Origin: an uncultured Chloroflexia bacterium
GTDB lineage: Bacteria > Chloroflexota > Anaerolineae > Caldilineales > Caldilineaceae
Assembly (NCBI GenBank): GCA_963821815.1
Contig: CAWGFG010000005.1
Location: 26,956-90,955 of the forward strand
Length of the DNA: 64,000 nt
Direction: 5' to 3'
Shown: in pieces, positions 20,100-30,415 of the stretch
Layout of the letters: each line of letters opens with the position of its first letter
How positions within the stretch are numbered: position 1 is the first letter of the stretch
Notes under the pieces: generated by a model
Told to the model about the DNA's origin: nothing
Database searches by the model: none
The model's input: only the letters and a program-made list of their open reading frames with translations
Translations under genes and position numbers: made by a program

Positions 20100-21364
20100 C
20101 TATAATTGGCCCCGAAAACTGGACCACGTGCTAAGGTGTAAACCCACAGTTTTTCCTAGACGTGGAGGGTCACAGGAAATGTCCAAGAATCGCAGACGAT
20201 TCAGTCCCGACTACAAGTTTCGGGTGGCACTGGAAGCCGCCAAAGGTCAACAGACGTTCAGCGAGTTGGCAGCGAATACAGCCTACATCCCAACCAGATC
20301 AGCCAATGGAAACGGCAATTGCTGGAAAGTGGAGCCGATGTGTTCAGCTCGGAACGGTGACAAAGAAGCTCAGACCAGGAGGCAGAACAGTCCGAACTAT
20401 ACGAGCAGATAGGCCGCCTCAAGATGGAACTGGAGTGGCTGAAAAAAAAAGCTGCCCCTTTCGCCTGAAGCAAAACGGTCTATGGTTGAGCCAGACCATC
20501 CTGTCTGAGTCTGCGCCGCCAGTGTGAGTTGCTGGGGCTGAATCGTTCGAGGCTCTACTATGAACCAGTTGGTGAATCGGCCGAGAATCTGCATCTGATG
20601 CGGCTGCTTGACGAGCAATATCTGCGCGACTCCATTCTATGGCTGGCCGCGTATGACCGCTTATTTGCGGCGACAAGGGTATGCGGTGAACGCCAAACGG
20701 TTCAGGCGACTCATGCAGAAGATGGGCTTACAGGCCATCTATCCCAAGCCCAAGACGAGCAAGCCGGCAGGAAAGGAGAAATCTATCCCTATCTGCTGCG
20801 TGGTCTTGAGATTACTCAGCCCAACTTCGTCTGGAGTGCAGACATTACCTACATGCCGATGCGCCAGGGCTTCATGTATCTGGTTGCCATCATCGACTGG
20901 TTTAGTCGCTATGTCCTGACCTGGCAACTCTCAAACACGCTGGATGGCTACTTCTGTCTGGATGCACTCCAGCAGGCACTGCAACAAGGGCAACCGGCTA
21001 TCTTCAACACCGACCAGGGTTCGCAATTCACTGCGGATGAGTTCACGGCTTGTCTTGAACGAGCCGACATCCGCATCAGCATGGATGGACGTGGCCGAGC
21101 TTTGGACAAATCTTCATCGAACGTCTTTGGCGTAGCCTCAAATATGAGGACATCTACCTCAAAGACTATGCCTCTGTGCCCGAACTGGCTGCTGGCTTGG
21201 CTGATTACTTTCACTTCTACAATCATGAGAGGCCACATCAGAGCCTCAACTATTGCACGCCTGCCGAGCTACACTTTGCTTGAACAACCATGTTGTTGTT
21301 GCTTTTCGTTCCACCTTATTTTCGTCGCTTTTTGGTCTTGACATTGGGGCCAACCATAATATCC
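20100..21364 (+). mobile_element. IS3-family element (orfA/orfB), degraded
   Basis: orfA starts at 20179 (MSKNRRRFSPDYKFRVALEA). orfB carries DDE/rve motifs (FVWSADITYMPM, AIFNTDQGSQFT, HERPHQSLNYCTP) spread over several frames to the stop at 21283. Imperfect terminal repeats (about 16/25) near 20101 and 21340-21364. Confidence 0.8.
20442..20450 (+). other. A9 run at the orfA/orfB junction: candidate programmed -1 frameshift site
   Basis: ...LEWLKKK is encoded by ctg-aaa-aaa-aaa-gc. IS3-family elements use A6-7G slippery motifs at exactly this position. Confidence 0.55.
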
Positions 21365-22818
21365 CATATTGCTAAGGGTTCCCTGATGTTCCTTCAAGCA
21401 CAGCAAGATGGCGAGCAACCTCTCTACCCTCTAGATAGTCAACACAAAGCCTTTCTGCTTGGATATATGCTGTTAAGAGACTGAACAGTACGACAAACAC
21501 CTCGATAGCTATACTGTTTGCGATTCGTTCTCTTCGTATCCTCTAGTACCCTGCTATTGGAACCCGCCTTGGTACTGATGGAGCCAGCACCATATCTAGG
21601 GCAATTAGGGAGAACGCTATCATGACACCTAGGGAGTTTCCGTGGTGATCATGCAAAGATACGGCACCGTTTCCTGCTTGCCCAGTGGTGTCCAACTGGT
21701 CTTCTGGTTCTGTGCGGCCCTGTGGAAGCAGAGTGTGCTCAACATGGCTGTTAATCTGCCCTTCAGTGACTGAGCCCTGGTCTGGATGACGAACATTCGA
21801 CCAGCGTCCAGTGGGCCCTGCGCACCTACTGCAGCCACGGTGCAAAAGTTCAGGGGCGCTTCCTACGGCTTTCGGCATGAGCGCGATTAGCACCACAGAT
21901 CCTAACCAGCCAACCAGCCCTCGACTACAAATCGTGTAGATAGCCCGGAAGCAGGATAAATGGATGGACCACCTCATGTCGGGCTAGTCGATAGATGCTA
22001 ATGTCGGAGAGTACAGAGACGCACATAGTCAGATCGCTTGATGAGATTATTGATGATCAAACTGATGGTGGTGACGTCCGCTCCTATGCGTATTACACTT
22101 CCCAAAATCTGTGTCCCACTGTTCCACAGAAGCCAGGGGCGACTTGACAGTATCGCTCCATCCCGGTCCAAATCAGTCATCAGCCGGCAACGTGAATCAG
22201 CCGTCCTCCCCTATGCGGGTTCATTCGGTCTGCTCCCAGGCACTTATGCCGCATAGGTGATGGCTGACAGCTAAACCGTCTAGTCGCCCACAGTCGACTG
22301 AATGCAGCTGCGGCGGGGAACTGCGGCGCTCCCTGCAGTAGCATTCGGGCCACATCCTCGTCAACCGCTTCAGCCGGATTCGGTACTTTCCTCGCGCTCA
22401 GTGCACTGCTGTAACCGTACACTACTAAACTGTTGTCAACCCAGAGATCCTCAATGTATGAAGTGCTACACGGATTGAACTAGCGATTCGCCTCAAGCTG
22501 TTGCGCCTTATCGGTGGTGCCGTTGAGTGGCGGAACTCACAATTTGATTGGAGATGCGCAAGTAGGGCGCAATATTTGCCAATCATTATAATATACTGCA
22601 GAAAATGCGATGGTTTGGGCGATATGAAGCGCCTGAGCAGTAACGGTGGCGTCAGAGGTACAGAGGATATCGGCAGAGCGCGTCTTGCTACAATGGCAGG
22701 GATCGCATCATCTACCATGCACTGTCTGACTGCGACAATAAACGAAGAGCGGGTTGAACTGCTGTACAGGCAAAGATTAGGATACTATACCAGAGGTGAA
22801 GAAGGAGTATAAAGACTT

Positions 22819-23544
22819 ATGGCATCGGCAGAATCGGAGCGAATTGTAAAGAAGACGGACGTCGGCGACAGGAACCTTTGGGAAATGCAGCGGTGGGAAA
22901 CTGCGGTCGCGTACGATCGGTTTTCCCGCTATTTTTTGGTTCAGGATTCACCTCGATCGGTGGTGGAGGCTTACCGTCAATATCAGCGTGATAAGGGCGC
23001 AACAGAAGAGCAGGTAGGGCGCATAAAATCAACTCCTGGCTTCTGGGCACGCTGGGCCTATGCCCGTACAAGCCAGGATGAACCGATTAATGGCGCACTG
23101 ACCTGGGCTGAACGTGCAAGAGCTTTCGATACAGCCCAGCAAAGGAGCTTTATTGAGGAGCATAATACGAAGTGGAGAGAACGGCGACTCAAACTGAGTG
23201 AAAAAGAATGGGAAGCCGGTGAGGAGCTTATGGCGCGGGGTAGGCGTATGTTACAAGGTCTGCTCTTCCAAAAACGGGTCGTCGAAACTGTCGACAAGGA
23301 GACCGGCGTTCCCACTACTGAGACCATCTATGAACCCACCGATTGGGGGGAGCGGGAGCTGATTGGCATGTTCAAGATGGGCTCTGAACTCATGCGTCGC
23401 GGGGCTGGCCTCACGCCAAATAACCGAATGCCAAGTAATGACTCAGCCTTGATGATACAGGCCAAAGAAGCAGGGATTGACATTGATAAGGTAGTGCAGA
23501 CTGTACTTGAGACTGTGCTGAGCAAATTGGAACACCAGTCATAG
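22819..23544 (+). CDS. terminase small-subunit-like protein, copy A (assigned by position only)
   Basis: 241 aa, GAAGGAG upstream. Clear paralog of 44035..44829 (AYRxY...RIK..PG.W..WAY....PI.GALTWAERARA.D), which overlaps the large-terminase start. Confidence 0.5.
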   Translation: MASAESERIVKKTDVGDRNLWEMQRWETAVAYDRFSRYFLVQDSPRSVVEAYRQYQRDKGATEEQVGRIKSTPGFWARWAYARTSQDEPINGALTWAERARAFDTAQQRSFIEEHNTKWRERRLKLSEKEWEAGEELMARGRRMLQGLLFQKRVVETVDKETGVPTTETIYEPTDWGERELIGMFKMGSELMRRGAGLTPNNRMPSNDSALMIQAKEAGIDIDKVVQTVLETVLSKLEHQS

Positions 23545-24639
23545 CTGCAAGAAGAAGCCTTCTGTGGGATAGAGAATGGCTTGTGGAGACTGAGCTCAAC
23601 GCAGAATGAAGTAGACGCAGGTCTGCGAGTATTATATCCGTTTCTCACCGGAATTCATTCCCCCCAAACAGGGCTTCCATTTCAGTCAATAAAATCCAAC
23701 ATCCACCAATCCCCACCCATGGGGGTGGGAAGCTTACGCTCATCTGATCGGTCGACCATAGCGACAAAAAGCTCAGGTCATGGACTATTCTGGTTACCTC
23801 GTAAATCGCCGACGACAGACCGATGTGGCGCATATCTCCCCCTTGCACGCACCACCGAAGTTCGTTCGGACACCAGCAGGCAGAAAAGCGGCTTGTCGAT
23901 AAGCAATACGGCAGTGATGTGACTTGTTGCAGCGAGCGTATGGCGCCGGCTGACCATCGCCTAATTCTTTGTAGCAGCGGTACGTTTTGGTTGATCCCTA
24001 TCGATCGTCGTGCCAGGGTTCAGGGAACGAAATGGCGAGAGGTTCTGCCAGGGCTTTCCATACGACATCATTAGCCAAGAGGGCCTAGCGTCCAATTTTA
24101 CCCTGCCACTGCAAGCTAGTCTTGGGTACCAAGATTTGCGCGATAACGCTGGCCAGTACTGATATTCACAAAACCATCAAGCGGTGGACTGCGATTCGCC
24201 GCTAGCCGACACCAGAGACGCAAACCAGCTGTTTTGCAACTAGGTCCACTCGATCCCAAAGGAACTTTTTTGTGTCCAATATGTGTTCTGGGAAGTCTAC
24301 TAGAACGAGCAGCGCAGTGCAGTCTCTGTGCGCCTAGAGGACAGGTGAAGCAGCATGCTAGGCGTTCTGCCGCACCTGCAGTCACCGCTTCGCGCGTATG
24401 CAGCGTATACAGCGTATACAGTGTCAGAGACGCGGGTATATGCCCCTTGCTGCCCCTCATGCTGCGCTACCCACACTATTATCGGGCAGCAACGATCATT
24501 GTTTTAGGCCTTACGCATGCTATTCTCCCGTCACTTCACTTCCCGTTAGAAATGGCGTACTGGAAGGGAGCCCCTTGAGCGCGAAATTCATATTCATATC
24601 ATCATTCTTTTTAGTGATAAAAAATTTTATCCATGCGCC

Positions 24640-24850
24640 TTGCGGCGCACCCACAGATGTATGAAAATAGCGTGTGCGGCATCCGCGACGCAGGTCGGAT
24701 GTTTACTGGATACTACGAGTCCGTTCGTTAGTTTGACCAGCGTGTTGCGAGGCACCCCAGACTGTTACCCCCGAAAGGGTGAGTACGTAAGGGAGAATCT
24801 TACTAGGGGCGACACGCCGTGGATGCCGGTGACGTTGGAGTTGCATCTGC
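24640..24850 (+). ncRNA. candidate IS110 bridge (guide) RNA in the non-coding left end
   Basis: An AT-rich promoter-like stretch (24587..24635) is followed by about 200 nt rich in GC hairpins (gcgccttgcggcgc, cccccgaaaggg, etc.) upstream of the recombinase ATG. Placement matches the IS110-group architecture. No covariance evidence. Confidence 0.35.
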
Positions 24851-24861
24851 GGGAGGCAAAC

Positions 24862-26103
24862 ATGCAAGTCGAATACCAATACTGTTGCGGACTGGATGTG
24901 CACAAGGATACGGTGGTAGCGTGTGCGATCGTGCCAGGCGCCAAGGGCAAAGCAACAAAGGAGACCTGCACCTATAGAACGATGACCGAGAGTCTGCGCA
25001 GTCTGGCTACATGGCTGCAGACAAAAGAGGTCACGCACGTGGCCATGGAAAGCACTGGGGTCTACTGGAAACCGATCTTCAACATTCTCGAAGGCGAGTT
25101 CGAGTTATGGGTCGTCAACCCAGAGCAGATCAAGAAGACACCAGGACGCAAGACCGATGTGTCGGATGCCGAGTGGATCGCAGACCTGTTACGCCACGGG
25201 TTGTTGCGCGGTAGTTTTATACCGTCGGCGCAGCAGCGTGCGTGGCGTGACTTGACCCGCTATCGCACACGTTTGGTGGATGAACGCACCAGTGAAGTAA
25301 ATCGTCTACATAAAGTGCTCCAGGATGCCAACCTCAAGCTGGCCAGTGTGGCGACCGACGTGATGGGTGTGAGCGGACGGCTGATCTTGCAGCATTTGCT
25401 GGCAGGAGAAACCGACCCAGCCACATTGGCCCAACTAGCGAAAGGTCGGCTGCGAGAAAAGCAGCAATTGCTAGAGCAAGCATTGCAAGGTAAATTGTTG
25501 CCCCATCATCGCTTCATGCTGACCGAGCATCTCAGCCACATTGACTACCTTGATGAAACGATTGGCCGCCTGGATGCGGAGATTGAAGAACAGATGCGCT
25601 CGTTTGAAGAAGAACTGGCGCGCTGGGCTCAGCTACCAGGCGTGAGTACGCGTATCGCCCAAATCGTTTTGGCGGAAGTGGGTACTGACCTCACTCAGTT
25701 TGAGGATGCCGCTCACTTAGCTTCCTGGGCGGGTCTCTGCCCGGGCAATCACGAGAGTGCCGGCAAACGCAAGAGTGGCAGGACCCGCAAAGGCAGTGTC
25801 TGGCTGCGCAGAGCGCTGACCGAAGCAGCCCACGGCGCTGCAAACACGAAGAATAAATACTACCGGGCTATGTATCACCGCCTCGTCGGCCGTCGGGGTA
25901 AGAAACGCGCCCTGATAGCTGTGGCCCACAGTCTCCTCGTGACCGGTTATTACCTCATTACACGCAAGCGTGATTACGAGGACCTCGGCCCCAACTACTT
26001 TGATGAGCGCGCACGTGAATCCGTTAAGCGCCGCACCGTTCGTCGGTTAGAGCGTCTTGGCTATCAGGTAACCTTAACTCCTGTCCCGGAGATGGCCATG
26101 TAA
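24862..26103 (+). CDS. IS110-family DEDD transposase/recombinase
   Basis: [21 protein letters not shown]...[12 protein letters not shown]...[11 protein letters not shown]...PGVS..IAQ..LAEVG..F.....LASWAGLCP....SAGK. ATG at 24862 follows GGGAGG. The ORF-track start at 24640 is upstream read-through. Confidence 0.9.
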   Translation: MQVEYQYCCGLDVHKDTVVACAIVPGAKGKATKETCTYRTMTESLRSLATWLQTKEVTHVAMESTGVYWKPIFNILEGEFELWVVNPEQIKKTPGRKTDVSDAEWIADLLRHGLLRGSFIPSAQQRAWRDLTRYRTRLVDERTSEVNRLHKVLQDANLKLASVATDVMGVSGRLILQHLLAGETDPATLAQLAKGRLREKQQLLEQALQGKLLPHHRFMLTEHLSHIDYLDETIGRLDAEIEEQMRSFEEELARWAQLPGVSTRIAQIVLAEVGTDLTQFEDAAHLASWAGLCPGNHESAGKRKSGRTRKGSVWLRRALTEAAHGAANTKNKYYRAMYHRLVGRRGKKRALIAVAHSLLVTGYYLITRKRDYEDLGPNYFDERARESVKRRTVRRLERLGYQVTLTPVPEMAM

Positions 26104-26114
26104 CCCATTCATTT

Positions 26115-26996
26115 TCAAGGGAGTAAAATGGCGTACTGGAAGGGGAGCCCCTTGGGCGCAAAAGTCAGGGCCAGGGCATCGGCCTTGTTGGTGCTGCGTC
26201 CCAGCTGGCTGCGCAGGGTTTCCTTGTCCGATACCTTGATGCGCCCTTTGCCGTCAAAGGCGTAGAGCGGGGCCAGCAGTTCATCGCGCAGTTCCTCGTC
26301 CGGCGGCAACATGGCGCCTGAGTCATCCTTTAGCCACTCGCGCACCGCCCACCACAACTGGTCGCGCAACTGGGCAAAATCGCCCGATTCCGAACTCTCA
26401 GTAGGTCTTTCCGCCACCTTCACACCCACGATGTCGCCCCGTTTGTACGAGACCCTTTTGGCCCGCAGGCTGCGCATGATCTGGGGGGCCACGCCCGAAC
26501 CCACGCCGGTGGCGTCTACGCAGACTCGCCACCCGTTGTAGGTGATAAAGGCGTCGGCCACATAGTCGCCAGTGGTGAGTACGTCCGTATGCGACCACTG
26601 CTGGAAAGGATGCACCCAGCCGCCGTAGCGCATGCACAGCACCGACGGGTCGGAGCCGTACTCGCCCACGTCTACGCCCAGGATGCCCTGGGTGCCGTCG
26701 GGCGGCAGTTCGCCGTTTATCTGGGTGTAGAGCTTCCAGCGAGAGAAGGCCCGGTCGATCCAGTCCTGGGAGATGAGCTGGGTGGGAGAGGCGGCCGGAT
26801 AGCGAGCCAGCACCATATGCGAAAAGCGGTTATCGGTCACGCGCCGCCAACCGGCCGGCAGGGGCTGAAAGTCCTGGCCCAGACGGTTTTTGCCCACCAC
26901 GCCCACCAGATATTCCGGCATCTCAAAGCTCTGTCCGTCCTTGACCTCGCCCTCAACCAGGGGGCGCGTCCACTCGTTGATGCGGCGCACGGTCGT
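26115..26996 (-). pseudogene. terminase large subunit copy A, C-terminal (nuclease) part
   Basis: [13 protein letters not shown]...[20 protein letters not shown]...[10 protein letters not shown]...NKADALAL is collinear with copy B (46116..47004). The first 23 codons of the ORF are antisense IS21 sequence. Confidence 0.85.
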
Positions 26997-28390
26997 CTCC
27001 AGGATGTGCTGGAGCCCCTTCACTACCTGTCGCTGTTGGAGCAACGACCTGGCGCCTTTGAGCATGCGCAGCCCATGCGTCAGTGGCGTACTGCGTGGCC
27101 ACCCGCCTTTGAGAAGATGTTGGCGGCGTTACGCAGACAGCAGACAAGCGAAAGCCAAGCTGTCCGCATCTTTATCCAGATACTGCAGTTGCATCAGAGC
27201 TATTCTGCAGAAGAGGTAACGGCGGCAGTCGAACAGGCGCTGGATGAGAGACTCATCAGCCTGTCCGGCGTGCGCTTCTGTCTCAATCGGATGTTGGACC
27301 CAACTCCCGTGGTCGCTCCGCTTGACCTGTCGACGCGACCCCATCTGGCCGCCGTCGGTCACGAGGTTGCTTCCCTTGATAGGTATGATAAATTTCTGAA
27401 GGGAGCAGCAATATGAGCGCTCCTTCCACACAGCATCTAGAGCAACAACTGAGACAACTCTACCTAATGGCAATTCTGCGTCAATACCAGACGGATGCCA
27501 AGACTGCCGCTCAGGATGGCTGGACCTATGAAGCCTATTTGGCCGGACTGCTTCGACAAGAAGTGGACCGGCGTTTTCGCAACCGCCGCGAGCGCCGAAT
27601 CAAGGAGGCCCACTTCCCGCTCCGGAAGGAACTGGTCGATTTTGACTTCACTGCCATTCCCCAGCTCAACCAGCACAAGGTGATGGAACTGGCCCAGGGA
27701 GACTATCTGGACCAGGCGGAATCCGTGCTGATGGTGGGCGGCCCTGGGCTGGGCAAGACCCATCTTGCCATCGCGTTAGGGTTGGCCGCATGCAGACAGG
27801 ATCGCCGCGTGCGTTTCTACACCGTCACCCATCTGGTCAATGAGCTACAGGAGGCGCAGTCTCAGCATCAACTGCCCCGCTATCTGGACAAGAGCATACG
27901 CCATCAACTTGTCATCCTGGACGAATTCGGCAACGTACCCTTTTCACCAACCGGCGCTCAACTGCTTTTCCAGTTCTGTGCCGCCTTGCACGAGCAGACT
28001 CGCTCATCGTCACCACTAATCTTTCCTTCAGCAATGGGTTCAGGTATTCGGCGACAACGCTTGAAGAGCGGTTTACTCGACCGGCTTACTATCGCAGCAC
28101 ATTCGGAGTTCCTTGGCGATTCCTATCGTTTTCGTCACGGACTGGAAAGACACCATCATCCTGCACTGCCTACATCCCCCGTCAACAACCCGGAAAAACC
28201 GGCCTGGAAGGAGGAAGAATGGACGGACCCACACACATCGATCCAATCACCCGAATGAACTGATAGAAGGGGAGAGTGACGCGCATAATGAGATCACTTA
28301 CGCGGTTTTTGATGATCACCATTTTTGTCTATTCACGCCATTGACCGTGATGTATCCTGATGCTGAAATGACTCTGATTGGTGTTTGTCA
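26997..28390 (+). mobile_element. IS21-family remnant (istA 3' end plus frameshifted istB) replacing the middle of terminase copy A
   Basis: IstA C-terminus ([18 protein letters not shown]...), ATGA overlap with istB at 27413. The boundaries are where terminase homology stops on each side, about +/-10 bp. Confidence 0.75.
27413..28258 (+). pseudogene. istB: IS21 IstB ATPase helper, frameshifted
   Basis: Walker [12 protein letters not shown] and Walker B LVILDEFG. The segment [21 protein letters not shown] is readable only in other frames, then LLDRLT..GDSYRFR returns. Confidence 0.8.
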
Positions 28391-28764
28391 AAAACAGAGA
28401 GAACTTCAAACGCGCGTCCAACCAGGGTACAGGCTTTGACCAGTGGGCCATGCGCTAAACGGATCGCCTCGTCCCATTCCACGCACTTGCCGGTCCCGTT
28501 CCCGCTGCGGGCAATGGTCACCTGGTTGTCGCGCACCGACTCCATGACTCTGATGATGTCGGGGGTGAATCTTTCACCCAGCACCTCGACGCCAAAGCGG
28601 ACAGGGTCTTCCCGGTATTCCTTAAATCTGTCCGGCGCATAGAATGCGGTCTTTTTGTTCTTCTCAATAAGCTTCGCTAAAACCTTAAGGGTTAGGCGGT
28701 CGATCAGTTCGGGCGTAACCATCGCCACCCGATAGTCTGTAGGGCGAGAGCGATCTGTCCCCAT
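28391..28764 (-). pseudogene. terminase large subunit copy A, N-terminal part with the first ~33 aa of an intein
   Basis: ...YREDPVRFGVEVLGERFTPDIIRVMESVRDNQVTIARSGNGTGK|CVEWDEAIRLAHGPLVKACTLVGRAFEVLSV. Homology to copy B then ends at the IS21 remnant. Confidence 0.8.
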
Positions 28765-28962
28765 AGCGCTACACCAGCCAATAGATATCCAACCTCTCAA
28801 CCGGCTAAACTGATCAACGTAAGCCGTCTGCCCACAAAGACCCGCTCACAATGCTGCCGGTTCCGTTTGCTGCCAATCTAATCCTAGACTACGCCAAGTT
28901 TGGCTGTCGCCCTCGGACAGAAAAGACCATTATTGTCCGGTCGCACGGGTATCCATACCTGT

Positions 28963-29262
28963 TTACATCTTCGCTTCTGCCATTCGGTCAGCCCCGTCGC
29001 CGATAGAGGCATGGTGGTCCGAATCACCAACTCGGGGTACTTGCATACGGTTTAGGTCAGGCGGTCCTTTCGCCGTTGGACAAATGGCACGCAATATTGC
29101 CCGGTCGTACCGTTGGGTTTGAGCTTCCCCTGAGGCTTTGGTGCGCAATACTATGGCTTTGTAGTCATCAGGAGGAGTTGCATGAAGCAACTGAAGGTTT
29201 CCAGAAAATTCATTCTGTAAGCGCTGTCGATTGAGAAGCAGGTGCGTGCCAAGGTCGCCCAA
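28963..29262 (-). CDS. hypothetical protein (frame open up to 29460 without an ATG)
   Basis: 99-aa ORF with a TTG start. The same frame is stop-free for 165 codons. No recognisable domain. Confidence 0.25.
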   Translation of the reverse strand: MGDLGTHLLLNRQRLQNEFSGNLQLLHATPPDDYKAIVLRTKASGEAQTQRYDRAILRAICPTAKGPPDLNRMQVPRVGDSDHHASIGDGADRMAEAKM

Positions 29263-29684
29263 GCAGTCAGATAGCTGGGCACCATTCGGAAGAGAGGTAC
29301 AGGCTGACGGATTGAGTAACGGGAGGCGGGTGACAAGGTCTGCACCGGCACGGAAATGCTCAAGGCCAGCAGCAAAAGGTTTGTTTGAGTGCGACGAGAA
29401 GTCTAGCGGGTTAGTAGAGGGCTCAGCAGCATTTCCAACATGCGAACGAAGACGACTATATCACAATCTCATCTGCAAGGCGCATGAGAAATGACCTTAC
29501 TGATGACGCAATGTTCGCTGACGAGGTCACGAGCGCGTGGCGTCAGCGGACCAGGAATTAAAATTTGATTGCAGCGAACACAGGCACCGTAGACCGGCGC
29601 TGTCCTCAGATGACGGGCGCGCAGAAGATGTTCTTGACAGCACCTGCCAAGCAGGCAGGTCAGGAGGTAGATAATACCAGGCCA

Positions 29685-30275
29685 TTACCGCCAGGCGTAC
29701 TGGGGAGGTCTACCCAGATTTCTGCCCAGATTTTCCGCAATAACCAGCCGACGATCCTTACTCTCAGCAATGACCTTTTCCGGGGTCCAGGACCAGTTCG
29801 GGCGAGGTTTCATGAACGCATCCATATCTGCTAACCCTAGCAACATGGTCAGATCCAGCTCTGAGACGCGTCGGGGGTTGTCGTCATGTATATTCCAGTA
29901 CTCTTCGATCTCGGGCCAACTCAACCCAGCCCAAGCCAGCATGCCAGATTCCAGAATCTGCGCCTTCCATTCGAGGTCATTGTTGAATTTGACTTCATCG
30001 TCATCTGCGTCCTTGGTGTAAGAGACAGCATAGGCCTCTAGAAAGGCAAGAACATCTGCCTTGACCATTGCTGGTCCGCCACTGACGGGAAGGCCCTTAT
30101 CGTCAGGCGATAGCCCTTGAAAGGCCAGCGTCTGGGCGATCAAGCGTTTTGCGTCGTCGTTCAGGCCACGGTCGAAAGCATGAAGCCACAGATCAACGCG
30201 TTTCAAGATCGCCTGCATATTCTCCCAGACCTCGTGAAATTCTTCCACCAATGCCTCCCGATCCCGAACTGTCAT
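29685..30275 (-). CDS. hypothetical acidic protein, 196 aa
   Basis: Uninterrupted ORF with an ATG start and protein-like composition (rich in D/E/W). I recognise no motif. Confidence 0.5.
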   Translation of the reverse strand: MTVRDREALVEEFHEVWENMQAILKRVDLWLHAFDRGLNDDAKRLIAQTLAFQGLSPDDKGLPVSGGPAMVKADVLAFLEAYAVSYTKDADDDEVKFNNDLEWKAQILESGMLAWAGLSWPEIEEYWNIHDDNPRRVSELDLTMLLGLADMDAFMKPRPNWSWTPEKVIAESKDRRLVIAENLGRNLGRPPQYAWR

Positions 30276-30344
30276 GATTTCCCCCTTCTATCTAGGCAGT
30301 CACACATAACAGAAAAACGACATAGGCCTAAGTTGCCGGCAGAA

Positions 30345-30377
30345 GCCCAATAAACGGTCGTGCTCGATAGCACGACG
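30345..30377 (-). terminator. candidate intrinsic terminator for the upstream minus-strand reading frame
   Basis: Perfect 8-bp stem gtcgtgct/agcacgac (30357..30376) followed on the minus strand by GUUUAUU. Confidence 0.4.
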
Positions 30378-30415
30378 CAGGCTGGTTTGTATCGCACCCT
30401 TTAGCTAACGCCGTA

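Larger units (their letters stand above)
24587..26125 (+). mobile_element. IS110-family insertion sequence, apparently intact
   Basis: 1.54 kb between imperfect 37/38-bp direct repeats (24550..24586 and 26126..26163). About 275-nt non-coding left end, DEDD transposase, about 22-nt right end. Confidence 0.8.

Noticed and set aside
24397-24432. Short tandem repeat cagcgtata x3; also ggatcaggatc x2-3 at 44262..44292
   Set aside because: These are too short and too few to be CRISPR or a regulatory array. The second is inside coding sequence (RIGSGSDQD). No spacer-repeat architecture occurs anywhere in the window.
26589-27416. 275-aa plus-strand ORF
   Set aside because: This is a chimera. The first ~140 codons are antisense to the terminase A C-terminus, and only the last ~135 codons (from about 26997) are genuine IS21 IstA sequence.
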